Source of the DNA: Chrysomallon squamiferum
Taxonomy: Eukaryota > Animalia > Mollusca
NCBI GenBank assembly: GCA_012295275.1
Contig: CM022673.1
Location: 22,754,001 to 22,818,000, forward strand
Reading direction: 5' to 3'
Length of the DNA stretch: 64,000 bases
Both the position numbers and the translations under genes were made by a program. Within the stretch, counting starts at the first letter, position 1; every line of letters begins with the position of its first letter. Below, piece by piece: positions 1 to 41,573 of the stretch. Below the pieces are notes generated by a model. That model was given only the letters and a program-made list of their open reading frames with translations, did not search any database and had not been told where the DNA came from.

Positions 1-47
<47 letters not shown>

Positions 48-61
48 GTAAAAACACTTAC

Positions 62-28560
<28,499 letters not shown>

Positions 28561-31221
28561 AGTAAACACAGATCTGAAACAATCAAAAATCGAATTACAA
28601 TAATTACAGTGTATACAGAAATATACATATAGTTTTCCCTTCTTTGTTTGTTGTAGAAAATGCAAATATTTATTTGTGACAACTTTATTGTTTTAATTAT
28701 TTTGTTAATAATAGTTATAATGACAATAGCTATACATACGTTTTGACAGTAATGATGTAAAATTTAAACTACACACGCACACATACATACACAGTAATTA
28801 TCATACATCGGAATTATCAGTTTAGAAATTTTTAGTTTCAGACTGATTTAAAGAAAATATATATTATCGACTTTAGCATAAAAGAAAAATACTCTATTAG
28901 TTTAAAAGAAACATGAAAAGAATGGAGGAACAAAGATGAGTTATAATAGTAAAATAATGATTCCATTAACATCACAATACAACAACAATAATAAATTAAA
29001 TAAATAAATTTTAAAACGAGAAAGTAGAAAAGAGATAAACAAGAAACAGAAAATAAAAAGTATTACAAGACTAACTAAATTATTAAACACCAAATACACT
29101 GACCTGTTTTTAACGTCGCAGGTAAATAAGTTCCTTTTCTTTCTTTTTGAAATGATTTTTGTTTTGTAATATTCATGGAATTTGTAAATAACGATCTTAA
29201 GCAAAATATTCCAAAAAGATTTTCGTTTTTTCACAATGAAAACGTGACTAACGTTATCTAGGTTGCCCTTTTATTAGTAGTTTGGTTTAATGTATGTAGT
29301 TCACGAATGACTTAGAAGCGAATGTAGTGAGAGTCATAGATCATATGATAAAATATTCAGTCTTCTGCATATAAAGTATGTTAACTCAACAACAACTGAC
29401 TGACTGAAAGAAAAACTGTTTTTATTTACACTGTTTTGTACAGAGTGCTTGTTTTGGTTTTTAGATTGAGTTCTCATATAACATTTCAATGCGGATTCTA
29501 CACGAAGCTGACTAATGAAAGTTAACCTTCTTACGTACAGTACTAATACTAATTTCGATGTCTAGCAGATTAATTTAGTGTCCACTCAAATTTCGTATAG
29601 AAATGGCAATTGACGTTTTCTCATTACGTTGATAAAAGAGAATGTGTATAAACACAGAAGGCGTGGCGAAATTACTTTTTAAATATTATTTGATAACTAT
29701 CTAGATTGTTTTAAACTTATATAAAACATTTATTTTGTTTGTCTTTCTTTTTTCTTTTTTTTAAATTTTATTTTATTTTATTTTATTATTATATTATTTT
29801 TTAATTTCTTTTCTCATTCTCCACTTTTCTTATTTTCATTTTCTTCCTGATTATCTTCTATAATGACTGAATAGATTATATGCATTACAATTTCCAACGT
29901 AACTGTATTAAATGAGAAAAAAATAAAAAGGAGAAGAAAAGGTAAATTGATAAATGTACCGAAGCAGAACGGTAAAAATATTTGACTACTGTACTAAATA
30001 TATTTGTCTGCAAATAACCATTATATAACCAACTTTTCTTTCTTCTTTGAATTATCTTCTAATAAAAGTGCCATATATTTGTAATTAAATGTGTGTTCGT
30101 AAAGAAAACTATTCATTGTAAAGAAATGTAAATCCCCGCTTTAGCAAACAGTAATTTATATATACAATTCTATCAAAAATATATTTATAAATACTTGTAA
30201 AATGACACCAGGTATTAGTAATACGCCAATAAATAAAGACTCCATAATGAGAAATTACAGATTACAAATAGAATTTTATAGCAAATCTTCCTTAAAATAA
30301 AGAGTAATATTAAATGCTAATGATTTTTTGAGACACAAATATGAACGGTTTCAAACTAGGAAGAATTTCATTAGGTAGTCAATATTAATTAGTCATAAAG
30401 AGTATCTAGATGTAATAGTTTAGACATAAATTATGAATTTTCATATCACTCAAAAATATATAAGAATTATAATATAAACAACTATTCTAAATACTTTTCA
30501 TTAATATAATCTCAGAATGAGTGATATTAACACAAACATGAAGTGTTTTAAAGTCTTGGCTGAGATTTTCTCTTTTTCTTTTATTGAATTAGGTTTTCAG
30601 TGTGGTTTTTAATTTTATTATAAATTTATAATATATATCATTCAGTCATTCATTTAATTTTTGTTTTTAATTAAAACACTTTTCATTGGTTTAATGATAT
30701 TTTATGCATACACTTACACTGAAAATCTTTTAAAATACAATTAACAAAGAGTAGAAACATACACACACAGAAGCAGTAATGAAAATATAACGAAATAGAA
30801 AAGAAAACGAACAGAAATCCTAATAAGAATAGCATATGTACACGCTATAACAAAGATTCGCGTGCCAGATTTTTCCTAGTCCTTCATAAGAGTTAAGTTT
30901 TAAAATTATCGAGTCATGACATGTGAAAATAATAATATTCCATTCTCTGAGATCAGTGGAACACGGTCTGGTAATTTGGATAACTAGGAACTGACTTTAA
31001 TCACTGGCATGCTAATAATCGTTATAGTCATTACATAAATAACGTTTTAAACTGAATTTATTTTCGTCACAAATTTATTCCAAGTGAAAATAAGCAGTAG
31101 AGTAAATAGATAAACTTTTGATTCAAAGGTGAATTCAAAGGAGATCGGATTTGGTAAAGGAGTACCATTTTATATTGTAATACTATTTATATATATTTAT
31201 ATATATATATATTTGTTTTTC

Positions 31222-31928
31222 TTTTGCATGATGATTTGTCAGCTCGCCATGATTTGTTTGTCGTGTAAGGTAAAAACAGCAAATTTGATAACAAAGGAAA
31301 AAAGAAACAGGAGAGACAATGGAGCTGGGGGTATAGCTAATATGGAAGAGAAATTACGTTGGCGCAGAAGGGTGTCAATTGTGCACCAAGTAAATATCAA
31401 TGTCTTCGAGGTAGCGTTTCGGGTCCATGAATTCAAAATGTAAGAATTGAGCTGACGCAGTTTGTGTCGTGTCAGTATTGTTAAGGTTCGGGCGTTTGGA
31501 ATTCCAGATTACCGCGTTGATAATTGAGCATGCTATTCAAGCGGAAATACAAGAGATTAGTTAAAAGATCATGTTATTTAATTACATCTCACACGATGTT
31601 TTATATTTCAGAACTAAACATTCAGTGAGATGTAATTAAATAACTTGATTTTAGCTGATCTCTTGTATTTCTGCTTAAATAGCATGCTCAATTATCAACG
31701 CGGTAATCTGGAATTCCAAACGCCCAAACCTAAAACAGTTCTTGTGATGTTTTCTTGGTGCACAATTCGACACCCTTCTGCGCCAACGTTATTTCTTTTC
31801 CATATTAGCTACATCTCCAACTCCCTTCTTTCTCCTCTTTCCTTTTTCCTTTGTTTCAAATTTTCTGTTTTTACCTTATACAACCTCAGGGTGACAGATC
31901 GTGACGAGGCATCAAATTATTATGGGAA
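31222..31928. mobile_element. Foldback/MITE-like long inverted repeat (about 700 bp)
   Basis: Arms 31222-31592 and 31625-31928 are reverse complements (e.g. GGGCGTTTGGAATTCCAGATTACCGCGTTGATAATTGAGCATGCTATT and its inverse); loop about 30 nt; no coding capacity. Confidence 0.8.
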
Positions 31929-32539
31929 TAAATAAATAAATAAATAAATAAATAAATGAAAAGTTTTTTGATCGATTAGTGACCATACCAAAATAACGTA
32001 TACCTTTTTTCTTCTTCTTAATTTTTTATTCTAAGTGACACATTACACAATCCCACAGGCAAGTTAACCCAGTCTCTTTTAAAAATTTATCTGGCGAATT
32101 TGGTTTGTGTTTATATTTGTGCCGAACCTGGGCGGTTTTTTGCATGAGTGTTTTTGTGTATAATATATTTCTAAACAATGTTTTCAACGGCCAAAAATGC
32201 TGACAAGTATTCCCTGCGGTGTGAATATCGTGATGCAGAAAATAATATTTTTAAGATTTGTCATCCAGATGTTGTAACACCAGTTCGCGAGAGTCATGCG
32301 TAATCGATGAGTGAATGTAGCTGACCTTTATTTTGCAGATTTTGGAAAATGACTGAGCATGAACAGATAACATCCAGATTATAAAATTCTAATAAAAAAT
32401 ACTGTCCCAGTTTAAGAAATATGAATCAAGGAGTCGTTGCTCTGCAAATCGGTAAGCCTCTGATTCCATCGTGGCATTCAGCACATACGTTGCTGTATTA
32501 TAGTCATGGTATTTTACAAGCTACAGTTGTTGCTCATTG

Positions 32540-32950
32540 ACCTGTGATAATTTTAGTAATTATTGTAATAGTACTCAGTACTGTTATATATGTCATTGTA
32601 GGTAAAATAAAAGTCAATACTGTGACCATCATAAAGTAACCATTAATGTGGTCATTGTTGGTGTAATAGGAGCCAATACCGTAACCATTACAGCGGACAT
32701 TGTAGGTGGAATGGAAGTCAGCACTGATACCATTATAGTTGTATTTGTAGATAGAATAAAAGTCAATACTGTAAAACTTTATAGTGGCCATTGAATGTAG
32801 AAAATAATTCAATACTACGACCATCATACAGTGACCATTACAGTTGTCATTAGAGGTCGAAAAAAAGTTACTACTGAGACGATTATGGATTCACTGTAGG
32901 TAGAATAAAGATCAATACCTGTCATAACTTTATTGCTTACTGTAGGTGTA
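32540..32950. repeat. Degenerate tandem repeat
   Basis: Recurrent TAGAATAAAAGTCAATACTGT..CCATT motifs. Confidence 0.5.
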
Positions 32951-34306
32951 CATTATTGAATCGATAAAACATATATTTAAATAAGTTTGATTAATGATAC
33001 GAATAAGGTTGTATGGGGAACCAAGATTAAATAAGAATTATTAAGAGGACAGATTAAACAATTAAAAATGTATATGTATTAAATGTTACTAACACAGGTT
33101 AACTGCACATTAAACCCTATCAAAATATGAACAGACAATGGCTTTCCATATTCTTCCGTAAGGACAATGCCATTCAAAAACATTGGTTTCCCCGCCTGAC
33201 TGAACTCTCGAGTTTTTTTTTTCCTTCTCTTGGAAACTCCTGTATGGTATGGGATCTCTTTTTACGTACCCACATCCAGTATTAGGTCCAGACATGCCTA
33301 TCTCGGATCCGATCTCTGACAACGCGAGGGATTGGCTCCGGGAGGGGAGAGCGATAGGGGAGGGGGTAAATGTGTTTAAAGTGGATCATTTGCATTAAAC
33401 ATTAAGTTAAAAAGGACCAAAAAGGTTAATAAATAAATAAATAAATACATTTTATAAAAAAGAAAAGAAAAACAACCATTAAGTGTGATTATATTTATAA
33501 TTATATTTTGATTATGCTTATTTTATTCATTTCATAAAGGGTAAATATATATATATATCTTTATTATTGTTACCGTTTTCTCTTTTTATTTATTTATTAT
33601 ATTTTACTTTTTTTTTTTTTTTTTTTTTTTGGTTATGTATATATCCTGGAGGAAGGATTCTTAGTTGGCCTTAGCTTGTCGGACCAGTTTAGCGTCGCGT
33701 TTGAATACCAGGGTCGCGAATCTATGGGATGCCCATGCTAGGTGGAGCGGGTAAATACCTGTTCCGTTGTCAGCCTATGAATGTGTTTACAGTTGAAAAA
33801 CAGGTTAGAGAGAGCTTTGGAATATATTTACTTAGGGTGATGAACAAAAGGGAGTATGTTGGAGCAGTGCTGGTAATGATGGTAATGGGGACGGTAACGA
33901 TGGTCTTAATATATATGATAGTGCTTGTAGCAGTGATGGTAATAGAAGAGGGTATGGGTGGTATTCATAGAAAAGGTAATGTTGGTAGTCATGAAAATAA
34001 TACTGGTGGTATTGATGTATATGATAGTGGTGGTAGTAGTGATCGTAATAGTAAGCAGAACGGTGGTGTTCGAAGACACGACAGGGCTGGCAGTAGTGAT
34101 GGTAGCCCTACTATTATGTGTATTATATTATCGCTACAACTGCCATTTCCATTATCACAACCAGCACTACCATGTCTACAAATAGCATCGGCAAGGCTGC
34201 TATTATCATCTCTACTACCAGCACTATTAATACACCTGGTAAGGTTGCCATTACCGTCACTACTACCTGCACTACTATGTCTATTAACAACACTGTTACT
34301 CATGCC

Positions 34307-34505
34307 NNNNNNNNNNNNNNNNNNNNNNNNNNNNNNNNNNNNNNNNNNNNNNNNNNNNNNNNNNNNNNNNNNNNNNNNNNNNNNNNNNNNNNNNNNNNNN
34401 NNNNNNNNNNNNNNNNNNNNNNNNNNNNNNNNNNNNNNNNNNNNNNNNNNNNNNNNNNNNNNNNNNNNNNNNNNNNNNNNNNNNNNNNNNNNNNNNNNNN
34501 NNNNN
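34307..34505. other. Assembly gap (N run)
   Basis: Run of N characters. Confidence 1.
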
Positions 34506-34801
34506 NTGCCAATGTGAACTTTTAAGAAGGTTAATTTTATAGATAATAATTTAGATGTGAACATAATATAATTACTGTTTTAGTCAAATCTTTTCAGAGA
34601 CCTGTCATGTAATTTATTATCTGATGTTGCTTTGTACCTCTACTGCTAGGTATAGTTGTGGAAAATTTCTGCTAACATTATTAGTCTTACTATTGCTATA
34701 TCTGCTATGACTACTATTAATACCATAATTATTACTACTGCTAGTATGGTCAGCGCTATTATCAGTAAAAGTGATAAATATTTATATACACTTTATTGCA
34801 G

Positions 34802-35378
34802 GGACCGGTAGCTTTCGAACCTAATGGTAACCGGATTGGAACAACTGTCATACAACAGTCAGTAGGTATGATAAATGTTTATTGAAATATTTTCTAATGT
34901 AATAACGAAGGAGAGAGAGAGAGAAAAATTGTTTATTGTGTTCAAATAATAGCTTTATCCTCCGATGATTAGAATGGCCCGATTTAGGGAGGCATGATAA
35001 AGGTTAAGTCAATAACCAGTTGTTTCTTTTATCCTAAATAATACAAAAACAAAATTTCTCAGTCACAGCTCTTGATGGTAGTTGATTCATCTGTATTGAT
35101 TTCACTTTCATTACACATCAAAACAAATAGTTCTTAAATAACAACAATTTATTCATTATATTTTAAAGGGTAAACTGTTTTTAAGATCTGAACCAATAAG
35201 TAACTTTGAACTATACACAACTGTATAAATATATATGGATTTATCTATCCGTCTGTCTAACTGATTATAGTTTGAAACGTACGACAAAACCAATGAAGCT
35301 CTAGTGTAAATGATTACTAGGATAACAATAATACAAAATGAATAATATGTTTATTTATTTATTTAATTATTTATATAT

Positions 35379-35437
<59 letters not shown>

Positions 35438-35658
35438 TGTTTATTATTTAAAGTTCTAATTATTTGTATTTAATAACAAAACGTAAATGAAATATTCACC
35501 TTAATAGTGGATCAGCCGAAATTGAAACTTACAACATTAGATGAAAATGTTGTAATGAAATTCATATATTTCAGGAAACGAACTGCAAATTGTAGCTTCA
35601 TACAGCCCATTTACAAAGAAGCTGCATTTTGAGTCAAAAACAAAGATAGTGTGGAAAG
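34802..35658 (+). CDS. Two exons (34802-34865, 35575-35658) of a GABA-B-receptor-like class C GPCR Venus-flytrap domain; partial or orphan
   Basis: Canonical AG/GT sites, phases 0-1 and 1-1; spliced GPVAFEPNGNRIGTTVIQQSVGNELQIVASYSPFTKKLHFESKTKIVWK matches the GxVxF..NGxRxG..IxQ..V..Y..L..IxWxG end of GABA-B extracellular domains; neighbouring exons not found. Confidence 0.7.
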
Positions 35659-38005
35659 GTAGGATTAAATTTTTAGAATATGTCCAAAACATTGCGGTTT
35701 TAATTTCGTCAAAATAAAACAGTATATATCTGAAAGAAATTCAAACACGTTTAAAATTAATTAGGCCTGCCTATTAAATATTAGTGTAATACTGTTATTA
35801 ATTTAAGATTCTTTGAAATAAAAGTTTCGTTCTTTGAGATTTAATATTTGATGTCAGTTTAGTAGGCTTTAATCGTTAAGACTCCAGCGTTCTTCCAGGT
35901 TAAGTTCATTTCTTTCATTTTTTACGAGAACATTGCAGTACTAAAACTATTCATGTCTGAACTTTAAAATGAATTAAAGCAGTATTATTCTTACACAAAG
36001 TGTGAAGATATATATTAACAAGATTAATAAATGAACGAATATTATTAGCTTTGACTTTTCTAAAATAATGCGCTGTTATGACTACCATATTCATTTTTCA
36101 GTATGCTTCCGTGTATTACATTTTCAATAACAAACATATATCAGTTTCTGAAATATGTAATATGTACATATATCTTGCTTTTATTAAAAAAGAACATCAA
36201 GCAAATATCAAAATTAATTGCTTAAAGCACTTTAAAGTAAAAACATAATGAATTTTATACATGTGGAAGTATGTGGTATTTGTTTTAGTTAGGATTTGTA
36301 TTTAATGTTTTATTTGCAGATATTTGCTTTTTAGCAGGCTTTGTCATTAATGTAAGGTTTTATTTACAGCTTGCCTCCTGTCAGCTTATTGTGTAACTAA
36401 AGTTTTATTTTATCCCTAGCCAGGTTATGCCAAACAATAGGCTGGTAACTTGTCATTGTGGTGATTGTTTCATTCAGCTTACACTGTACTAACACACGTT
36501 ACTTGCTTTGTGTGTTAACTATTGTTCCCAAACTCCTCTCCCAAGCCCATCAGGGAATAAACAACTTGGCTCAAGTTTTCAGGTTTATTTCTCCTGCTAA
36601 GATTATACTGTCAGGCCAGATTTCATTTTTAAAGGTGGAACTGAATTTATTATTTGAAAGGGATATTATCTGAAAGGTTAGTCTGTATTTTGTTTTATTT
36701 AATATATGTATGTTTTGTATACATGCATTGTTATTTAACACCATTAGAAAGTACTTGTTTAATTACTTTATGAATATATAAAGTAATTATTATTTATATT
36801 GGATATATGGATTAAATTACATTGAATAAACATTTGTTCAAGATAGCTGGCTTAAAGAAAACATACAATCTGAATGAAATGTCAATTATTGTTGTTTTAT
36901 TGTTCTCGTAGGGTGTTTTTCCTTGTCTTCATTTTTGTGTGACATCGAATAAATTGTCTGAACCCACCCGTAGTTGTTACGTTCTACTTCCTGTGTTCTG
37001 GAAAAGTAAAAAATTCTGATACTGCTACATATACACACATACAGACATACATATACATATATACATACGTACATGCATCTATGTATGTATGTATGCATGT
37101 TTCTGTGTGTATATATGTTTGTATGTGTGTGTGTGTGTTTAAAAATGTACGTATAAGATACATAATAATGCAATAACAAATGAAACTGAACAATCACGCT
37201 ATCATAAAAATTATCCAAATGGCAATATTAGGACACTACTTCTAGAAAAGAACGAAAGAAAAGAAAAAAAGTATCAAGAAAGGAGAAACAAATAAAATAA
37301 TCAAGAAAATACTAAATAAATATAAGAATTAAAAAATAAATAAACAAATAAATAAAATAATCAAGAAAGAAGAAATAAATAAATAAAAGAATCAACAGAG
37401 AAAGTAAAAGAAAAGGATTACGGTTTTGAAAGAAAAAAAACAAACAAATTAACTCGAAAAATGTTTTTTGTTTGATATTGACAGCCCAAAAAAAAAAAAA
37501 AAAAAAAAATTAATGGAAACTGTTCGCTGTAAAAAAAGAGTGTGAACTGGTTATTTAAAAACTCCATTTTCACAAGTAAAGCCAATCTTTTCATTGTTAG
37601 AAATAAAACCAATTAAATTTTAATTTATTTTTATTTTAATTTAATTTTTTTTATTTTTGTGTTTGAGTAAATATTTGTATTGTGCGTGTGCATGTGAAGG
37701 TATGTGAATGAGTGTGTTTATTTAAAAAAAATTAAAATTTTATTTATGCTTGAAATGCAAACTCCATTTCAGCGATTACTTTTATTTTTGTTTATTCTGT
37801 CCTCTACAATGGTCATACGAATGGAAATTATCTGAACGATAACTTTTTAAATTTAAACTGTAGTATGTTATTTATTCTTGATAAAATTTCCAGTTTTGCG
37901 AATGCTGTTATTATTTTAATTGTTTTATATTTTTATTTTTTAAATTAATTATTTATTTATTTATTATTTTTATTACTTTATTTATTTATTTATTTATTAT
38001 AATTA

Positions 38006-38049
<44 letters not shown>

Positions 38050-38096
38050 TTTTTTTTTATTATTATTATTATTTTTATTTATTTATTTTTTTTTCT

Positions 38097-38137
<41 letters not shown>

Positions 38138-38564
38138 ATATATATATTTTTTTGTTCCAGCAGTTATGAAACTTCTAATTCTTAAGGATTTTTCGAATTT
38201 TCATTTTGTCAGCTTCAGCATCATTTTCCCTTCTTTTTCATTATTCTTTCTTTTTTAAAAAAAACATTAGTTTCTTTAATAATTAATTTTATATGGCGTC
38301 CAAAGAAGATATATATTTTTTCTGAGTCTAAACCTGTTAACATATTTTTTTAAAATATTTGAATATGAGATGTAACTTTTAAAGATTTTTATTTAATTTA
38401 AATATAATTAAACGTTTGGGGGGGGTTGGAGATTGGGGGGGGGATTTTTTTTTCTTTCTTTCTTTTCAGTTTCTTAATGTGGTGTTCCGGTGCATATTAT
38501 TCTTTTTTAGATTTTTGAAAGTTTTAGCTTCTGTTTCTGTAAAGTGCCATGTAATCTACTGTAG

Positions 38565-38595
<31 letters not shown>

Positions 38596-38744
38596 TACAC
38601 GTGTAGCATGCGTGTATTTAAGTACGTAAGTACGTAAGTATGTCCATGTTATGAGCGTGTACTTGATTATATTCAAAGAAAATATAATTATATTCGTTTT
38701 CAGTAAATGGCAACTAACTAGTTGACGTAAAGACAAAAATAGTA

Positions 38745-39208
38745 ACTAATGGTTACGTATTGTAATCTGCCTCAATTTTTGACCATTAGTTTAAAATCAA
38801 CCAATAAAATTACACGTAAATTTAACAAAGGAAACAAGACAAGTATACTAACCAATGGTTGCGTGTTGTAACCCTGTTAGTTTAAAATCAACCAATAAAA
38901 TTACACGTAAGTAACAAAGGAAAGAAGTATACTAACCAATGGTTGCGTATTGTAACCCTCTTAGTTTAAAATCAACCAATAAAATTACACGTAAGTAACA
39001 AAGGAAAAAAGTATACTAACCAATGGTTGCGTGTTGTAACCCTGTTAGTTTAAAATCAACCAATGAAATTACACGTAAGTAACAAAGGAAAGAAGTATAC
39101 TAACCAATGGTTGCGTGTTGTAACCCTGTTAGTTTAAAATCAACCAATAAAAGTACACGTAAGTAACAAAGGAAAGAAGTGTACTAACCAATGGTTGCGT
39201 GTTGTAAT
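38745..39208. repeat. 84-bp minisatellite, about 5.5 copies
   Basis: Unit TAACCAATGGTTGCGTGTTGTAACCCTGTTAGTTTAAAATCAACCAATAAAATTACACGTAAGTAACAAAGGAAAGAAGTATAC; consecutive starts at 39101 and 39185. Confidence 0.9.
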
Positions 39209-39344
39209 CTGCCTCTCTTTTTAACGCTCTGCTCATTATATCCAGTCGGCGTTTTTGTAACTTGCTAAACGGATTTTCCCAGGTGTCGTCTTGGTCTGTC
39301 GCTCTGTGAAAAAGAAAACTCGTACTTTTAGTTTTAGTTTAATT

Positions 39345-39770
39345 ATCAGTGTCAGGGTCTTATTTATTTTCACAAACTGTATTACGTCAGAGACTTATTT
39401 ATTTTCACAAACTGTATTACGTCAGAGACTTATTTATTTTCACAAACTGTATTACGTCAGAGACTTATTTGTTTTCACAAACTGTACTACGTCAGTGACG
39501 TATTTTCACAAACTCTACATTGTCATTATTTATTGTGACAAATTATTCAATGTCAGGAGCGTATCTTCACAAAGCATTTAGTGTCAGTGATTTATTTTCA
39601 CAAGCTATTAAATGTCAGAGACGTATTATCACAAACTGTGCAATAGCAGTGACTTATTATCACAAACTGTGCAAATGCTGGACTTATTTTCAGAAATTGT
39701 GCAGTGTCGGAGACTTATTTGATCAAACACTACAACATCAAAGACTTTTTTTAAATTTTCATAAATAGAC
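39345..39770. repeat. 35-bp minisatellite decaying into shorter units
   Basis: GTCAGAGACTTATTTATTTTCACAAACTGTATTAC at 39386, 39421 and 39456, then degenerate copies. Confidence 0.85.
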
Positions 39771-40149
39771 TAAAATGGCTTGTGAGTAATATGTTAACGT
39801 CAGTGACAAATCATGTATTTAAACCATTCCAGTAATCATAATTATATTGTCTCTTATTGTTAAATACTACTTGTATATGTGATATAACATATCTATCTAT
39901 CTATCTATCTATCAGTCTCTCTATCTGTATATCTGTATCGACCATACGTACATCCAACAATACATCCATCTATCTATCTAATATCTATCTATACATCAAA
40001 CTGTATCTATTTATATATTTATGTGTATATGTTCATAGTGTGGTGTGTATGCATGTATATATCTGTACATGCACACGTACGTATGTATACTTATATGCAT
40101 GTATGAATTAATATCTCTTAGATTTTCGTTTCGTTTCTTTTTTTTTTTT

Positions 40150-40180
<31 letters not shown>

Positions 40181-41573
40181 AACCAAAGCATAAAAATAAA
40201 GAATTAATTGAGTCAATCAGTTTGATACAAAGATTAAAGTCTAAACCGATGGAAAGAATTTTTTTCTACTTCCAATACTTCTTTTTTCTTTCTCTTTAAC
40301 TTTCTTTTAACCTTTCTTTTCATCTTATATTCGTTTTACATAAATAAAAGTTATCATATAGTTCAAGGTAAATATATTTACAGCTATTAAACCTTTCAAA
40401 ATTATAAATATACTGTTTATTAAACATTCAAAATAGCAATTTACAATTAATAAATAATTAGAGATAAAGTTATTTGAAGGTAATTAAAAACACAGATATT
40501 AAACAGCTCAGTTTAAACAAAATTACAATTACTAGACAGTTCACAATAAATAAGGTAACAGTTACTGTCGGCTCAACACAAATGAACTCACACTTAGCAA
40601 GCGGAGATAATGTTATCATGCAATGTATAAACTACAGCTGTACTAATTAATCAAGATGTTTTCAGTGTCGTATTCTATCTGAGCCACTGTGATGGAAACC
40701 CAGATTAGTTAGAAAGACAAACCCAAGACTCGAAATACAACTCAACTGATATTCGATATTAATGTTGGTTATTCACAAACCACCAGTGTAAATAACACAT
40801 CTGAAATTATATTTTAAAATACATATAATTAATCTCTGTGTCATGCGTTTCATTCACTCTTTCCTGCTAGGCCTGTTTGCCATGTTATAGGCCGGTTCAG
40901 GTAAATTAATACACACACTGTGAAATGCGTTACAAAGTTTTTCCTCTGAAAAATATAATATTATTTATTTCGTGTCAATGTTTAATTTTTTTGTGAGATT
41001 CAAGTCAGTGAATATGCGAGCAAAGGTTAAAGTTATTTTTGAATAAATGAACAAATAAATGACTGATTAATTGTACAAGGCCACGTTTTTATTAAGTGTC
41101 TGTGTTTTATAAAAGTATGTGTAGGATGTTGTCATCAGATTGGCTGCTAATCATCTAATCATACTGATAAACAAGAGGTGTCTATGTATGTTTATATATG
41201 TGTGTGTGTGTGTGTGCGTATTTGTATGTATGTATGTATGTATGTATGTGTATGTGTGTGCTTGTATGTATGTATGTACGTATATGTGTGTATGTTTATG
41301 TATGTATCTATCTATGTGTGTATGTGTTTAACATGTATTTTTATGTGTATGTATGTATGTATGTGTTTGTGCATGTGTATGTGTGTATGTATGTATGTGT
41401 ATATGCATGCATTTGTCTGTTGTTGTTTTTGTGTATATGTGTAAATATATAAAACCTGTAGAAAATAAATTATATACCACAAATATTATACTTCTCTTAC
41501 TGTTTAAAAGATGTAGCGAATGTACAAAGATAATTACGTTTCCTATATATTTTTTACAAAGTAGATGTGGTTT

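Noticed and set aside
33650-33790. Possible SINE or tRNA-like GC-richer patch
   Set aside because: No convincing A/B box pair; cannot be supported without a repeat library
33729-34564. 262-aa and overlapping ORFs
   Set aside because: Low-complexity repeat read through the N gap; no recognisable domain
39283-39400. GVVLVCRS...LIISVRVLF as the GABA-B TM1 exon
   Set aside because: No PPxD motif and the hydrophobic part derives from the 35-bp minisatellite
38745-39770. CRISPR-like array
   Set aside because: Units are contiguous tandem copies with no unique spacers, there are no cas genes, and the context is eukaryotic
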